Source of the DNA: a virus
Lineage: Duplodnaviria > Caudoviricetes
Length of the DNA: 64,000 nucleotides
IMG/VR virus record: IMGVR_UViG_3300021431_000090
Location: 1 to 64,000 of that record
Strand: one strand, 5' to 3'
Below are positions 30,801 through 40,878 of this stretch, piece by piece (within the stretch, counting starts at the first letter, position 1; every line of letters starts with the position of its first letter). The notes below the pieces were generated by a model, which searched no databases, was not told the origin of the DNA, and saw nothing but the letters and a program-made list of their open reading frames with translations. The translations under genes were made by a program, and so were the position numbers.

Positions 30801-30854
30801 AGAGATAATATTTCAAATATGCTCCGGGCTTTAAACACTTTAAACAACAAATAA
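24852..30854 (+). CDS. Tape measure protein (TP901-family core), 2000 aa
   Basis: ELDSAMTQLRIVT...FARLGYS core, Ala-rich helical repeats, hydrophobic segments, VNELGPELI motif. Confidence 0.92.
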   Translation: MSKRIGSVYLELDKGMTTKSFKGLQGIVNGVVNNLKPVTLKLDVKNTTKEFNELSKVLKDVASNINKINTSKIAGGSGVAKEINEATEAFNRMRKLQAEMSSLAKDLNKADPSSGAAKTMSRQLEELSAKYAQMKSMFSDMFTPKQKNTLSDEWEKLSRSIELVQSKMADKRSAQEAASAQRAAAEAAKQAAQDQAQADKEAAQAARDQAKAQKEAEQIEKQRANSLKNLYNMLRQIRQLETSVKNGKGGEGSQSYQDLLMLDNAVSDAIARGGATSEEMNEFRTNLSATRLEIDGTGDAIRNMTSPLDALESRLVYMVSLSNLVMQAVRQFKEMFNTVVELDSAMTQLRIVTNNTEAEYATFGKNTSQVAQEIGASTKDLIDSTTTFARLGYSLSESSDLARLTAMLSKVGDVDVSSAQNAMTAITKAFKDVDTSNIESAMDKMVTVGNNFPISVAELAEGMNNAGSALAASGNSFDQSVALLTAANTTIQNISKSSTGLRTITARIRKTKVELDDLGETITEASYQNVLDLLTGKGVSLTDENGFRSTYDILKDIAAIWDELDTKSQAAVAEQLAGNRQQNVFFSIIEQFGEAEKAMTAMQNSQGAMASAYDERMESIEAHMDTFKAAYEELANSFIDKDISKGVIDFGTALLNILTAVSDAMGGMKSVAPIVTGALATFISAFSKSKMFGNLMNASGISSIAKSFKDLGAVIAGIGKSGFSLSSLLGIFSTPAGIGVVVAGITAAVYALSKLQAKVQEQTYAGRTKHVGELSDQLAQDYGEGSRYDELIHKTRLLTEAERQELIMLEAQKTAREENLRLAKEQQFAAFQREQGKDSQIYDYEKGSHNFLEWFFATKPEDRYNVTSGDVKTFENIQNAVADLDAQYEEHKLHMDEYAKSLDLVIDGNSEYYKVLKEHQNDESLSQSQRDFIKFYEDLLDRQNELKKTLENDPLAVAKRNLEDYVLARQAKGDTIFDIRQQEEYIRLQEEYANAMKSAGDATDEAGNKIKTAAETAKESLSELWDSEDFAETRVELEEIARTTGSISANKIEELANKGGVLAGIMDETGMSARFLANVLSHEVLNGDGFDLITDKALRVDAAMQAIIDRTAGAKAAIDEFNAATASDNADAASSYAQAYQKFFADWDAGRTGSTAVQAAVNTFFSPDQLEQMGWDLQAAGEQLSSDFFQAIFSTEGDPGANFASYVRDHYTEAWQDAVEITENADGTFDIAVTSAQALADAMGTDINVANAFIEAMGAWGTHLFATGEELENLATELGLVGSNASNVESVVNAINSLALDGLDGTQIKATLDALSDAGYIDTSGIEDLDGKITAAVENYNALDQAAPDVEVTTNLDEVDAAIANTQSKIDSLHGKHIVNTVETRHVGGNIEDTQASGTKNAPGGRTLVNELGPELISQNGHAFIANGGKPAVVNLDKGAVVLNASDTRSALRGGSVSGVIGAMASGSRATFPTNYNPGGYGGGGGGGSSGKSSGSSSSSNSSSANKEKTWFEQQYDYHKHLVEMDQELQSDFLDWLDEAYKKAYAEGIIDLEEYMQHEEEVYKGRQDQFKDYLSDLDYSIDMAKKAGASSEDVANMYQRMLDEINHALEIAFARGLDENDDYVQYLQNQWYTYYDNLKDAREDAQDDAMDAVDDLVQYRIKMLKQYIKNEVDALKERLSNLKDFYSKQKDMLKDVADTEDYLDEQAEKRKSVSDIESQLSMLELDNSAWAQKRKAKLKEELADAQKELSKFERDHAIDVASDQLDAAYEVQERAINARIDQLNDLADNPKALYDQALKDVQNNSIELYEEMIEFNNKYGDGIQKTIVDMWEQAYISLKNYAELYHEFYNGVDLVNATNYQPGTAGNVGGNVIARNPGGSAVKVVGTLPEEISTAGTPGYSDIDPAVQAQIEAAQAAMQAQLDAVMNNIQAATSGLLDQVAANTQATLSNLTNSYALGGVNMGDIIIQGNATQDTISEIRRAQRDNISNMLRALNTLNNK

Positions 30855-30925
30855 CTATGATATATAAAAACATAACCCCCATCGTAAAGGTGGGGGTTAC
30901 TATAATATGAAAGGAGGGCTGCATT

Positions 30926-31756
30926 TTGGATCTTGCTGGATGCCATTTCACTTATGCAGACAAATCGTCCAGAGAATTCAGCTTGTGGTTCGCACATTGC
31001 GATACATCAGATTACACAGCTACCAATGGCACAACCAAGTCCCTAACCGTATTCAACTCTCGTGGGAACAGGCGGTATTTTGTGGCCGATTCCTATACTG
31101 ACTCCCCTATTTCAATTGATGTTGAATTCATTACGGATAATGATCGTACTTTATCTGTACAGGAAATTCGTGATATTGAAAGATGGTTATTCAATCGTAA
31201 AAACTACTACAAACTTTTTGTAGATATTGCTGACGACTGCCTCGCAGAATCATACAAGATTGTTAATGGGGTAGAAAAACGGTTTTATTTTAACTGCCGT
31301 TTTGTTAATCCGTCGAAGATTTACGGCAACGGTGGGACTGTTGGATTTAAAGCAACAATGGAGTGTGATAGTTATGTTTTATGGCAGGAAGCGTTAGATG
31401 CTGAGTTTAACCTTGGACATACTTCTGAAGATGGCAGCTCCGTTGTTTCCGTAAACATCGATAGTGAAGTCGATGACTATGTATACCCGAAAATTACTAT
31501 CACTATGGCAGAGGCCGGTGGTGATATTTATATTACAAATAATACTGACGATTCTACAAGAATTACGTCATTCAAGTCGCTTACAGGTGGTATTGAGTTC
31601 ACAATGAATGGGAACCTCAACTACATCTCTGGAGACAACTATGTTAAGTTTTATGACAGGAATTTTGTTCGATTTATCCCTGGCATTAATAACATTGGTG
31701 TTATTGGTGCGGTAGATAAGATTAAATTTGAATGGGAGAATCGTAGATACTTATAA
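30926..31756 (+). CDS. Distal tail protein (Dit)
   Basis: Follows the tape measure gene; YVYPKITIT and FIPGINNI motifs. Confidence 0.75.
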   Translation: MDLAGCHFTYADKSSREFSLWFAHCDTSDYTATNGTTKSLTVFNSRGNRRYFVADSYTDSPISIDVEFITDNDRTLSVQEIRDIERWLFNRKNYYKLFVDIADDCLAESYKIVNGVEKRFYFNCRFVNPSKIYGNGGTVGFKATMECDSYVLWQEALDAEFNLGHTSEDGSSVVSVNIDSEVDDYVYPKITITMAEAGGDIYITNNTDDSTRITSFKSLTGGIEFTMNGNLNYISGDNYVKFYDRNFVRFIPGINNIGVIGAVDKIKFEWENRRYL

Positions 31757-31771
31757 AAGGAGGTGGCATGA

Positions 31772-34700
31772 TTGATTGCCAGATTTAACAGCTATCGGGA
31801 ATTTGAAACGCCGATGCTGTATGTGTGCGCTCCGGGCTGCAAATATGTAGACGGAATGCTTACGAACACATCGGGCATCCTGACAGATGTTAGTGATATT
31901 GAAATCATTCCAACTTTCAATGCCACTTCTGAACTGAACTTCAGGTGCTATAGGGTCAACCGCGAGGACGCGGAAGAGAACGCTCACTTCTACAGTCTGT
32001 TTCGCTCTTTGCGTAACCGTAGGTTGATATATGTTGAGGATATAGGATTCTTTGTAATCACTAATGTTGAAGACGGATATGACTTAAGCATTGGTACTGA
32101 CTATAAGGATATATCATGTGAATCTTGCGAAGAAGAGCTTCGCTCGAAGAATATACCTTATATCGATGACGGCACGTATAAGTTCTTTACTGGAGAAGAA
32201 GGGAATCCTGGTATGCTTGAGAAGCTCGTACAGACAACTCCGCTTTGGTATATCGGAGAGGTCGATACGGAAGTTGCAAACAGATACAGGACTTTTGAGG
32301 ATGTCGATTACACGGAAAACGTCCTCGGTTTTATGTTGGAAGATTTACAAAATGCGTATGAATGCATTTTTGTTTTTGATATCCAGAACAGAATCATAAA
32401 TGTTTACGATCAAGCAAATTATGTCCATGAAACTGATATCCATCTTACGAGAGATGATCTGATTACGGGTATTAGCGTCACTGAGTCGTCTGATGATCTC
32501 TATACCGCGCTTAGCGTCACTGGTGAGGACGAGCTTAGCATAAACGCAGTTAATCCAATCGGCACTAATGTAATCTATAATTTCGACTATTACCTTGACT
32601 GGATGACGCCTTCGCTTAGCGCTAAGGTAAGAGAATGGCAGGAGCTTGTTGCGTCGTACAGCGAGCAATATTACAACTTGCAAATGGCAAGATATTCAGG
32701 GCTTACTTCCCTATCGACGCTTAATGCAGAGCGAGATCAGCTGAATACTCAACTCACAATGTACAAGCGGTGCCGCGAGAATATGGTAGCAGAAGCTAGC
32801 GACGAACAGATTGCAGAATATAACTCTGTTATTACTTCTGTCGGCGGCACGCCGATCCCTGAGGATCTTGGATATTTATGGATTATGTTTGGCGATGATG
32901 CGTCTGGAACAAATATAACAACTAATCCATACGGCAAACGTTACATTGGCCTTGCTTGGGATAAAGGTACGAATGTTGCAAGCAATAACGCATCTGATTA
33001 TAGATGGTTCACGTTTAGAAGTGGAGAAAGCTTCCCAAGGCAGAAGGACGGAAAGACTCTTTATACATGGGTTGTATTCGCAGACTCTGTAACATCCGGG
33101 ATGTCAAATACGCCAGAAGACGTCGCTTCGTCTACGGCCAAACCGTATATAGGAATATCTGTAGATAATGATTCGTCGACGAAATCTTCCGTATATGACG
33201 ACTATACATGGTCTCTGACAAATGTCGGTGGCATCAGTGTAAGCGAAGCCCTTGGCACGATTGATGAACTGATTAAACAAACAGAGGCTGCCATCACGGC
33301 AAAAGACGCGGAGATAGCCGAGGGCGACGAGTACATGGATACAAGTGAAGCGAGTGTAATTAATATACATAACGCCGTCGCTATGCAGGGTTTCTTCACC
33401 GAGGAGGAGTTGGACGAACTTAGCAACTACATTGTTGAAGGTACATACTCTGACGATTATATTGGGATCACAGACAGCATGTCGTACAGTGAAGTATTTG
33501 AGCAGATGAAAACGTTATATGATCGTGCGGTTTCTCAGCTCAAGACTGTATCAGTTCCTACACAGCAATTCACAATTGATGTTGAGAACTTCATTTTCAT
33601 CAAAGAGTTTGAACGTTGGAGCGATCAACTCGAGACTGGATGTTTAATCAATGTAGAGTTATCCGAGGGCGATGTAGCGCAGTTATTCCTTACATCATTT
33701 GAGGTTAACTACGAAGACAAGAAACTGTCGATGACATTTGGCAACAGATATAATCGATTCGACTCTAAGGCACTGTTTGATAAGTTCCTTGGAAATATTT
33801 CTAGAACTCAAAACACTCTGTCTTATATTCGCAGCACAATCTATCCGATTAAGAATGGCGAATTTAACCAGATGAAAGAGGCTCTTGAAACGTCTAGGAC
33901 GCTAACTAAAAACGCGGTTTTATCATCCACGAACGAGCAGGTCATCATAGATGATACTGGTTACACAGGGCGCAAGCTTCTCCCTGACGGGTCGATTGAT
34001 CCGCACCAGATTAAGATTAATGGTAGAAATATCGTATTCACAGACGATGCATGGGAAACGTGCAAAACTGCAATTGGAGAAATAATTCTTGGCTCTGGCG
34101 AAGCAAAATATGGGATAAACGCCGAGATCGTTCTTGGCAATTTAATATACGGTAACGAGCTTCATATTATCGATAAAGATGGTAAGGATATGTTTCAGGT
34201 TACCGAAGATAAGATAATGTTGAGTATTGGCGATATCTATGCAGAGAAAGCAGATACTATTTCCGGCGTTGAAGTGATGTATTGTAGAGCTTCGTCAAGC
34301 ACAGCATGTAATATTAGCACAATGACCACACCGTGGAGTGTCACAGCACCAGAATGGGTCGACGGTGAGTATATATGGCAAAAGACTGTTACAACATATG
34401 ACGACGGGCACACAAGCGAGTCTGCTGCGACTTGTTTAAGTGGGTCTCGCGGTCAAGCTGGTCGCGGTATTTTGTCGACTGTTATTAGATATGCAAAGTC
34501 GTCTGATGGTGTTAACCACCCAACCAATGAAAGTGACTGGTACGCAGACATACCAGATTATGCTCAAGGTGAGTATGTATGGACTCGAACTGTAATGACT
34601 TATACTGATAATTCGACATCAACCTCATACTCTGTAAGCAGAAATGGTGTGAATGGCGACCATAATGCTGTTGTGTATCTGTATAAAAGATCTGGCACAC

Positions 34701-37700
34701 AAGCAACAATAGATTGGACGAACCCAATTGTATATGACTTTCAGCTGCACACATTATCGCCTATACCAAGTGGCTGGAGCACGACTGTTCCGGCGGGGGT
34801 AGAAGCGCTGTATGTTACTGCTGCTACTGCGAGTTCTAAAACACAGACCGATACAATAGCGTACACAGAATGGTCTACACCGAATGCACTTGCGCAGAGT
34901 GGTGTAAATACTGCTGCTGTATTTCTATACAAACGAGCAGATAGTGCGTCTGATATACAACAGCCAACATCATCACTCACATATACATTCGCAGATGGGT
35001 CGCTCGACTTATCTCCTCTGAGTATTACTGGGCATACAGTTGAGGCACCTGACGACAATCTGGTTGATAATTTATTCTTCACCGTAGGAGAAGTACTTAG
35101 ATTGACGTCTAGTGTGACGGGGACTGGATATACATACCAATGGTATTATAAGACACCGAACAGTTCATCATTCTCACCTGCGTCAGATACGTCTGCTAAA
35201 ACGCAAACATACTCGATTACAACGCAGTCTTATCATGACGGATATCAGTTCTACTGTTCGGTAACAGACACATATGGAAATGTAACAAACACTAAAGTTG
35301 TAAGAATTAACGCTGGGAAATGGTCGCAAAACATTCCAGCATCTGATGGCACACCTTGTTATGTAATTCAAGCTACTGCTATAAGTATTAATTCTACTGA
35401 CGCAATTGAATATACCGAGTGGAGTACTGCAACTAAACTTGTAGATGATGGTATTGGGATAAGCGGCACCGCAATAACATATGCTACTTCAACAAACGGT
35501 GCAACACCTCCTCAAGCTGCGTCTTCATGGTCTGGTACGTTCCCTGGTGAGCTCGAAGAGGGAGAATATCTTTGGACGAAAACAGTTACGACATACACGG
35601 ATGGAACAGATTCAACTGTTTATTCTGTTAGTCGTAATGGTGTAATCGGTCATGACGGCAGAGGAATAACTCATGTATCTAACAGATACGCAACGTCTAC
35701 AGATAGCTCAACAGCACCGTCTGTTTGGGTTGACACGCCGCCTAATCTTACGCCAACTAATAAGTACTTGTGGAATTATGAAATCATAACATACACAGAT
35801 AATACAACAGACGAGACGGAACGTCGTATTATTGGCGTGTATGGCGATCAGGGAGCAACCGGAAATGGCATAGACACAATTACAGAATACTATCTTGCAT
35901 CCCCGCTAGATAGTGGTGTTACGGTTGCTACAGCAGGATGGACAACTACCGTACAACAAGTAACCGGCGTAAATAAGTATTTATGGAATTATGAGGTTGT
36001 GACGTATACAAACGGAAATTCGTTTACTGGCACGCCTGCGATTATAGGAATGTTCAGTAATGGTATCACATCAACCTCTGTACAATATGCTGCATCGAAT
36101 AGTGGGACATCCGTCCCGTCGTCTGGATGGCAAAGTTCTGTCCCTAGCGTTTCTTCTGGTGAATATCTATGGACTCGCTCTACCACTACATATACTTACG
36201 GAGAGCCGAGTATTTCGTATTCTGTCAGTAGAAATGCCGTAAATGGCAATCACACGGCGGTTGTCTATCTGTATAAAAGATCAACGAGTCAAGTGTCTAT
36301 AGATTGGACTACCGAGCTAACTTATAGCTTTCAGACTAATAAGCTAACATCAACACCGACCGGATGGTCGGAGTCAGTCCCGTCAAATAGTACTGACCCG
36401 ATTTATATGACGGCAGCAACTGCAAGCTCAAATACAGACACAGACACAATAGCTTATACAGAATTCGCTGTGCCTGTGTTAATAGCACAAAATGGTTCAA
36501 ACGGTTCAAACGGTTCAAACGGTGTAAATTCTGCTACAATCTTCTTATATCAGAGATCGTCCAACCCGACAACACTTACAAAACCTTCTGGTAATCTCAC
36601 GTACACTTTTTCGACTGGCACACTAGAAGGATCTCTCGGTGGATGGGCGCAAGTAATCCCTGATACGGATGGCACCCCTTGTTATGTTATTCAGGCAACA
36701 GCCGTAAACTCAGAGGCAACAGATATTATACTCCCGTCTGAATGGAGTGATATTCGTGCGCTTGTAGCTGATGGTGACGGTGTTGGGATTGAAAGCTCTG
36801 CGATTGCATATGCGACGTCAAATGATGGTGCTAACCCACCGACAGATGACTGGTCTGATATTATACCATCTGATGTAGGTGATAAGAAGTTCATGTGGAC
36901 TCGTACCACTACCAACTATACTGACGGGACACAAACAGTTGCTTACTCCGTGAGTTCTAGCGGTGTTGGTATCTCTGAAATTATTACAGAATACTATCTA
37001 TCCACGTCGAATGTTGAACTTATTGCTGGCGAATGGTCAGACACTCCGCCGTCATGGACGAGTGGAACATATATATGGACTCGCAGTCATCTATATTGGG
37101 ATAACGGCGACGAAAGCACCACGACGCCAGTATTGGATAATTCGTTGAATCAGCTTAACGCAGATGTCTATGATTGTCAGACAGATATAGAAGTAAACAA
37201 ACAAGGTATCCAGCAGAATACACAGTACTATCAGGAGCTGTATGGGCAGGTTGCGAAAATCAATGCCTATATTCAGACTGGTGTTATTGGCGTAGATGAA
37301 ACTGGTAAATCTTCTTTTGGCGTAAAGATCGGCGAAAATCTTTCGACGGTAAATGCATATATTATTAATGGATCTGTGGCCTTTTCCGAAGGATGGCTGT
37401 CTTCTACGGATGGCGGTGTCCCGCTCTCCCCTGACGAATCTGTGCTCTATCAGGTTCAAACACCTGGTTCTTACTTCGGGAAGACATACAGATGGAATGG
37501 CTCAACATATTCAGAGGCAGAGTCAGAAGGTACGCTTTCTTCGATCTTCACGTCGAGCGAACTTGGATTTTATGATACTGGCGAAAAGACAGCATATTTC
37601 TCGAATAAGAATCTGAACGTCACGACAGTAAGAACCACACGTATTCTTCTAAGCCGAGATGTAATCTCGGATGTTTCTTCTAACAACTGGCAGATTGGCA

Positions 37701-39250
37701 TAGATAATGGGTTCTACCTGAAATGGGTTGGCGCAGCAGATGGTGGTAGCGGCGACGATACAGAAGAGGATACTGCATCTACATTCACTGCTACATCGCC
37801 TGTCACTAATAACACCGACGCTTGCACGATTACGATCACGAGAGCTAAGAATACATATATTCACTCTCTGCAGTATTCGACTGATGGGTCTAACTGGACG
37901 ACTATCACAGCATCGACTACAGGCGAAAGTGCAATTTCGTGGACTCCAAATCTCACCTTCACTGGTAGCGACACGAGTATTTCTTGTACTGTACGGTGCA
38001 TAACATATAAAGGCAGTGTCGCCGCAAGCAATCTTGTTGGCAGTTATGACAGAATTGTTGTTGTCAATAAAGAAAGTTCTGTCGTAGCCCCGACAATAAC
38101 GTCTCACCCGAGTAATGTTACAACGGCGCCCGGCACGACTGTAACATATGGTGTTATAGCTAATGGTAGCGATCTTACATACAATTGGCAATTCGAATTA
38201 AGTAATGTCAGTGGGTACGTTAATATGAGCGGGTACACAAGTGTCTACACCGACTGCTATTCTGGGTATGATACAGCGACTTTGACGATAACAGACACGA
38301 CATATTTCAATGGCGTTAACTTCAGATGCGTTGTGACTAACAGCGCCGGTTCTGTAATAAGTAATTCTGCTTCACTAACGATTCAGGAAACAGTAACAGC
38401 CCCAACAATTACGTCGCATCCGTCAGACACAACGGTTGATGAGGATGTCGACGCTTTATTCTCAGTTGCAGCGACTGGCACTAATCTCAGCTATCAGTGG
38501 CAATCTGCAAGCAGTAGTTCGGGGACATTCTCAAATGTTACGAATCTTACTGGGTATAACACTGCAAATCTGACAGTCCCAGGGACATCGACATATAATG
38601 GAATGGCATTTAGGTGTGTTGTAACGAATAGCGCTGGCAGCGCGACAAGCAACGCTGCTACTCTGACTGTACAAATAAATATGGCGCCTGTTATAACGAC
38701 GCAACCAACATCCACTCAAATAAACACAAACGGTGGTAGTGCGACATTTTCCGTGACTGCATCAGGTGAAGATTTATCGTATACATGGTATTCGAGAGCA
38801 GGGTCCCAATTTGCTTGGGGTGAGATGGGCGCTCCATATACAACAGCTACTATCCAATTGTCTGATTCGAGGTATTATGACCGTGACTTTTATTGTAAGG
38901 TGTGGAACGAATACGGCTCCGTTGATAGCGATATTGTAACATTAACGTCTATCGATACACCATATATCACATCTCAACCGACAAGGTCTGGGAACAACTA
39001 TAGTATTTCGGCAAATGGTGTACTTTATTATCGGTGGGAATATAGCAGCAACGGCGGAACTACTTTTGAATACATGGGGAACGCAACGGCGGTCGAGAAA
39101 AGTAATTTTGTAAATTATAGTTCAGCAACTGTTACGGTGAGAAATGGCATATTCAATTACTATTCTACTGTCTATATACGCTGTCGGCTCATTAATAATT
39201 CTGGGGAGACGTATAGTGATCCGATACAGGTTGTTAACACAGGCAGCTAA
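31772..39250 (+). CDS. Very large Tal/tail spike protein (2492 aa) with antireceptor-type repeats and C-terminal Ig-like domains
   Basis: Tal-like N domain, coiled coil, many YxWTRTxTxYTD / YLWNYExxTY modules, repeated APTITSHPS...W...FRCVVTNSAGS Ig domains. Confidence 0.8.
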   Translation: MIARFNSYREFETPMLYVCAPGCKYVDGMLTNTSGILTDVSDIEIIPTFNATSELNFRCYRVNREDAEENAHFYSLFRSLRNRRLIYVEDIGFFVITNVEDGYDLSIGTDYKDISCESCEEELRSKNIPYIDDGTYKFFTGEEGNPGMLEKLVQTTPLWYIGEVDTEVANRYRTFEDVDYTENVLGFMLEDLQNAYECIFVFDIQNRIINVYDQANYVHETDIHLTRDDLITGISVTESSDDLYTALSVTGEDELSINAVNPIGTNVIYNFDYYLDWMTPSLSAKVREWQELVASYSEQYYNLQMARYSGLTSLSTLNAERDQLNTQLTMYKRCRENMVAEASDEQIAEYNSVITSVGGTPIPEDLGYLWIMFGDDASGTNITTNPYGKRYIGLAWDKGTNVASNNASDYRWFTFRSGESFPRQKDGKTLYTWVVFADSVTSGMSNTPEDVASSTAKPYIGISVDNDSSTKSSVYDDYTWSLTNVGGISVSEALGTIDELIKQTEAAITAKDAEIAEGDEYMDTSEASVINIHNAVAMQGFFTEEELDELSNYIVEGTYSDDYIGITDSMSYSEVFEQMKTLYDRAVSQLKTVSVPTQQFTIDVENFIFIKEFERWSDQLETGCLINVELSEGDVAQLFLTSFEVNYEDKKLSMTFGNRYNRFDSKALFDKFLGNISRTQNTLSYIRSTIYPIKNGEFNQMKEALETSRTLTKNAVLSSTNEQVIIDDTGYTGRKLLPDGSIDPHQIKINGRNIVFTDDAWETCKTAIGEIILGSGEAKYGINAEIVLGNLIYGNELHIIDKDGKDMFQVTEDKIMLSIGDIYAEKADTISGVEVMYCRASSSTACNISTMTTPWSVTAPEWVDGEYIWQKTVTTYDDGHTSESAATCLSGSRGQAGRGILSTVIRYAKSSDGVNHPTNESDWYADIPDYAQGEYVWTRTVMTYTDNSTSTSYSVSRNGVNGDHNAVVYLYKRSGTQATIDWTNPIVYDFQLHTLSPIPSGWSTTVPAGVEALYVTAATASSKTQTDTIAYTEWSTPNALAQSGVNTAAVFLYKRADSASDIQQPTSSLTYTFADGSLDLSPLSITGHTVEAPDDNLVDNLFFTVGEVLRLTSSVTGTGYTYQWYYKTPNSSSFSPASDTSAKTQTYSITTQSYHDGYQFYCSVTDTYGNVTNTKVVRINAGKWSQNIPASDGTPCYVIQATAISINSTDAIEYTEWSTATKLVDDGIGISGTAITYATSTNGATPPQAASSWSGTFPGELEEGEYLWTKTVTTYTDGTDSTVYSVSRNGVIGHDGRGITHVSNRYATSTDSSTAPSVWVDTPPNLTPTNKYLWNYEIITYTDNTTDETERRIIGVYGDQGATGNGIDTITEYYLASPLDSGVTVATAGWTTTVQQVTGVNKYLWNYEVVTYTNGNSFTGTPAIIGMFSNGITSTSVQYAASNSGTSVPSSGWQSSVPSVSSGEYLWTRSTTTYTYGEPSISYSVSRNAVNGNHTAVVYLYKRSTSQVSIDWTTELTYSFQTNKLTSTPTGWSESVPSNSTDPIYMTAATASSNTDTDTIAYTEFAVPVLIAQNGSNGSNGSNGVNSATIFLYQRSSNPTTLTKPSGNLTYTFSTGTLEGSLGGWAQVIPDTDGTPCYVIQATAVNSEATDIILPSEWSDIRALVADGDGVGIESSAIAYATSNDGANPPTDDWSDIIPSDVGDKKFMWTRTTTNYTDGTQTVAYSVSSSGVGISEIITEYYLSTSNVELIAGEWSDTPPSWTSGTYIWTRSHLYWDNGDESTTTPVLDNSLNQLNADVYDCQTDIEVNKQGIQQNTQYYQELYGQVAKINAYIQTGVIGVDETGKSSFGVKIGENLSTVNAYIINGSVAFSEGWLSSTDGGVPLSPDESVLYQVQTPGSYFGKTYRWNGSTYSEAESEGTLSSIFTSSELGFYDTGEKTAYFSNKNLNVTTVRTTRILLSRDVISDVSSNNWQIGIDNGFYLKWVGAADGGSGDDTEEDTASTFTATSPVTNNTDACTITITRAKNTYIHSLQYSTDGSNWTTITASTTGESAISWTPNLTFTGSDTSISCTVRCITYKGSVAASNLVGSYDRIVVVNKESSVVAPTITSHPSNVTTAPGTTVTYGVIANGSDLTYNWQFELSNVSGYVNMSGYTSVYTDCYSGYDTATLTITDTTYFNGVNFRCVVTNSAGSVISNSASLTIQETVTAPTITSHPSDTTVDEDVDALFSVAATGTNLSYQWQSASSSSGTFSNVTNLTGYNTANLTVPGTSTYNGMAFRCVVTNSAGSATSNAATLTVQINMAPVITTQPTSTQINTNGGSATFSVTASGEDLSYTWYSRAGSQFAWGEMGAPYTTATIQLSDSRYYDRDFYCKVWNEYGSVDSDIVTLTSIDTPYITSQPTRSGNNYSISANGVLYYRWEYSSNGGTTFEYMGNATAVEKSNFVNYSSATVTVRNGIFNYYSTVYIRCRLINNSGETYSDPIQVVNTGS
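36490..36523 (+). repeat. In-frame 9-bp tandem repeat encoding (NGS)3-NG, a collagen-like linker
   Basis: aatggttca aacggttca aacggttca aacggt. Confidence 0.7.
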
Positions 39251-39271
39251 TGAATTAAAGGAGGTGAGTTA

Positions 39272-40867
39272 GTGGCAACATATACTGGAGTAAGAGATAT
39301 AACTGTAAGTAATGCTACTTTAAGATTTAATTATCGTGAAGTTGTAAATGAATCAGCTGGCACATCTACTGTTACTATAACCTCTGTACAGGCGAAAGTA
39401 CCAGTATCCGGTACGTTGACTCCGTGGGGGTATGTATCATTCAATGACGATGTATACGTAGAATTTGGCGAGAACGCAAGGACTTCTTGCACTGCTGGTA
39501 CATACACGACATTGTACTATTCTGGAACTATGTCTGGAACATTTACAAATAATGGAGTTAATTCAACTGCTGGGATACAGCTAATAGCCGGTCCGACAAT
39601 TTCTGCATTTAGGTTCTTACTTGAGACTAGTACATCACAGCAGGTGTACGATTTTAGCCCTGGTGTTTATTATATTTCTCTTACGAATTACACGACTGAT
39701 AGTTATTCTACTCTGTCAGCACCTACTGGCGTAGTACTTGGAGAAGACATCACAGCAACGATTACAGTAAAGAATACGTCGTATACGCATACACTACAAT
39801 ATAGTTGGGATAATGCGTCGTGGACTAATATTGTAACTGGGCTAAGAACAAGTGGTAGCAGCACACAGATCGTATATGCGTGGGATACCGACAACGTAGC
39901 TTCTTATTTTGAGCGAACAACTGGCGCGACCTGTTATATTAGATGTCTATCATATAACGGTAATTCTTATATTGGTTCTGCTCAGGTATCTGTGGTGATC
40001 TCGTCTTCTGGTAATCCGGTAATATCAGATATTGTTATAACACCTGTTAATGACGACCAGACTGTCAACAGCTGGAATAACGGGGATATATTTGTTCAGG
40101 GTTATACCAGAGTGCAGATCCAACCGCAATTTACTTTGGCTGCTGGTGCAACATTGGCTGCTTGCAAGATATACATCAGCGGCATGCAGGTCGCCGAATA
40201 CGGTTCTGAAGCATCAAGCTTTGTGTACACATCTTCGTCACCCATGACCGATTACGGTACAGTTGAAATTAGTGCACTCATTCTCGACTCAAGAAACAAC
40301 TCGACAACTGCCAGAAAGTCTATCTCGATATACGCATATTCTAGACCGTATGTTACAGATCAAGAGGTGTTCAGGAGCGGTAATGACGCAAGCACAAAAG
40401 ATGATGAAGGTTTGTATATAAGCGCAAAGGGCTCTGTAAAGTACAGCTATGTTGGCGGTTATAACACACCTGGGCTGAAGGTCAGATACAAAGAGCCAGG
40501 TGGAACTTGGTCTACTGCTGTAGACTTTGGCTCCGGGACATCTACGTATACGCACATCAATTCGAGTCTGTGTAGTATCGATAAGACGTATATTGTACAG
40601 TTTCTTGCGTACGATAGTCTTCATACTCTAGAAACAGACCCGTCAACATACGAAGTAACACTTGCCACTAATGCCGTTCTTATACATGCCGCAGACGGAG
40701 GCAAAGGAATCGCATTCGGTGGATATAACAATATCGAGGCGATTCAGAATTGGTTAGACACGTATCTCTATGGGAAACTTATACTTCCATCTGGCATGTA
40801 CAACACGACTGAACCGTCTACAACGGGCGCTGTCGTTGGACAGATTTACTTCCAGCTTATTGACTAG
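39272..40867 (+). CDS. Baseplate / minor tail protein (DUF859-like)
   Basis: SYTHTLQYSW, VQGYTRV, YAYSRP and GKGIAFG motifs. Confidence 0.6.
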   Translation: MATYTGVRDITVSNATLRFNYREVVNESAGTSTVTITSVQAKVPVSGTLTPWGYVSFNDDVYVEFGENARTSCTAGTYTTLYYSGTMSGTFTNNGVNSTAGIQLIAGPTISAFRFLLETSTSQQVYDFSPGVYYISLTNYTTDSYSTLSAPTGVVLGEDITATITVKNTSYTHTLQYSWDNASWTNIVTGLRTSGSSTQIVYAWDTDNVASYFERTTGATCYIRCLSYNGNSYIGSAQVSVVISSSGNPVISDIVITPVNDDQTVNSWNNGDIFVQGYTRVQIQPQFTLAAGATLAACKIYISGMQVAEYGSEASSFVYTSSSPMTDYGTVEISALILDSRNNSTTARKSISIYAYSRPYVTDQEVFRSGNDASTKDDEGLYISAKGSVKYSYVGGYNTPGLKVRYKEPGGTWSTAVDFGSGTSTYTHINSSLCSIDKTYIVQFLAYDSLHTLETDPSTYEVTLATNAVLIHAADGGKGIAFGGYNNIEAIQNWLDTYLYGKLILPSGMYNTTEPSTTGAVVGQIYFQLID

Positions 40868-40878
40868 GCGGTGGTGTT

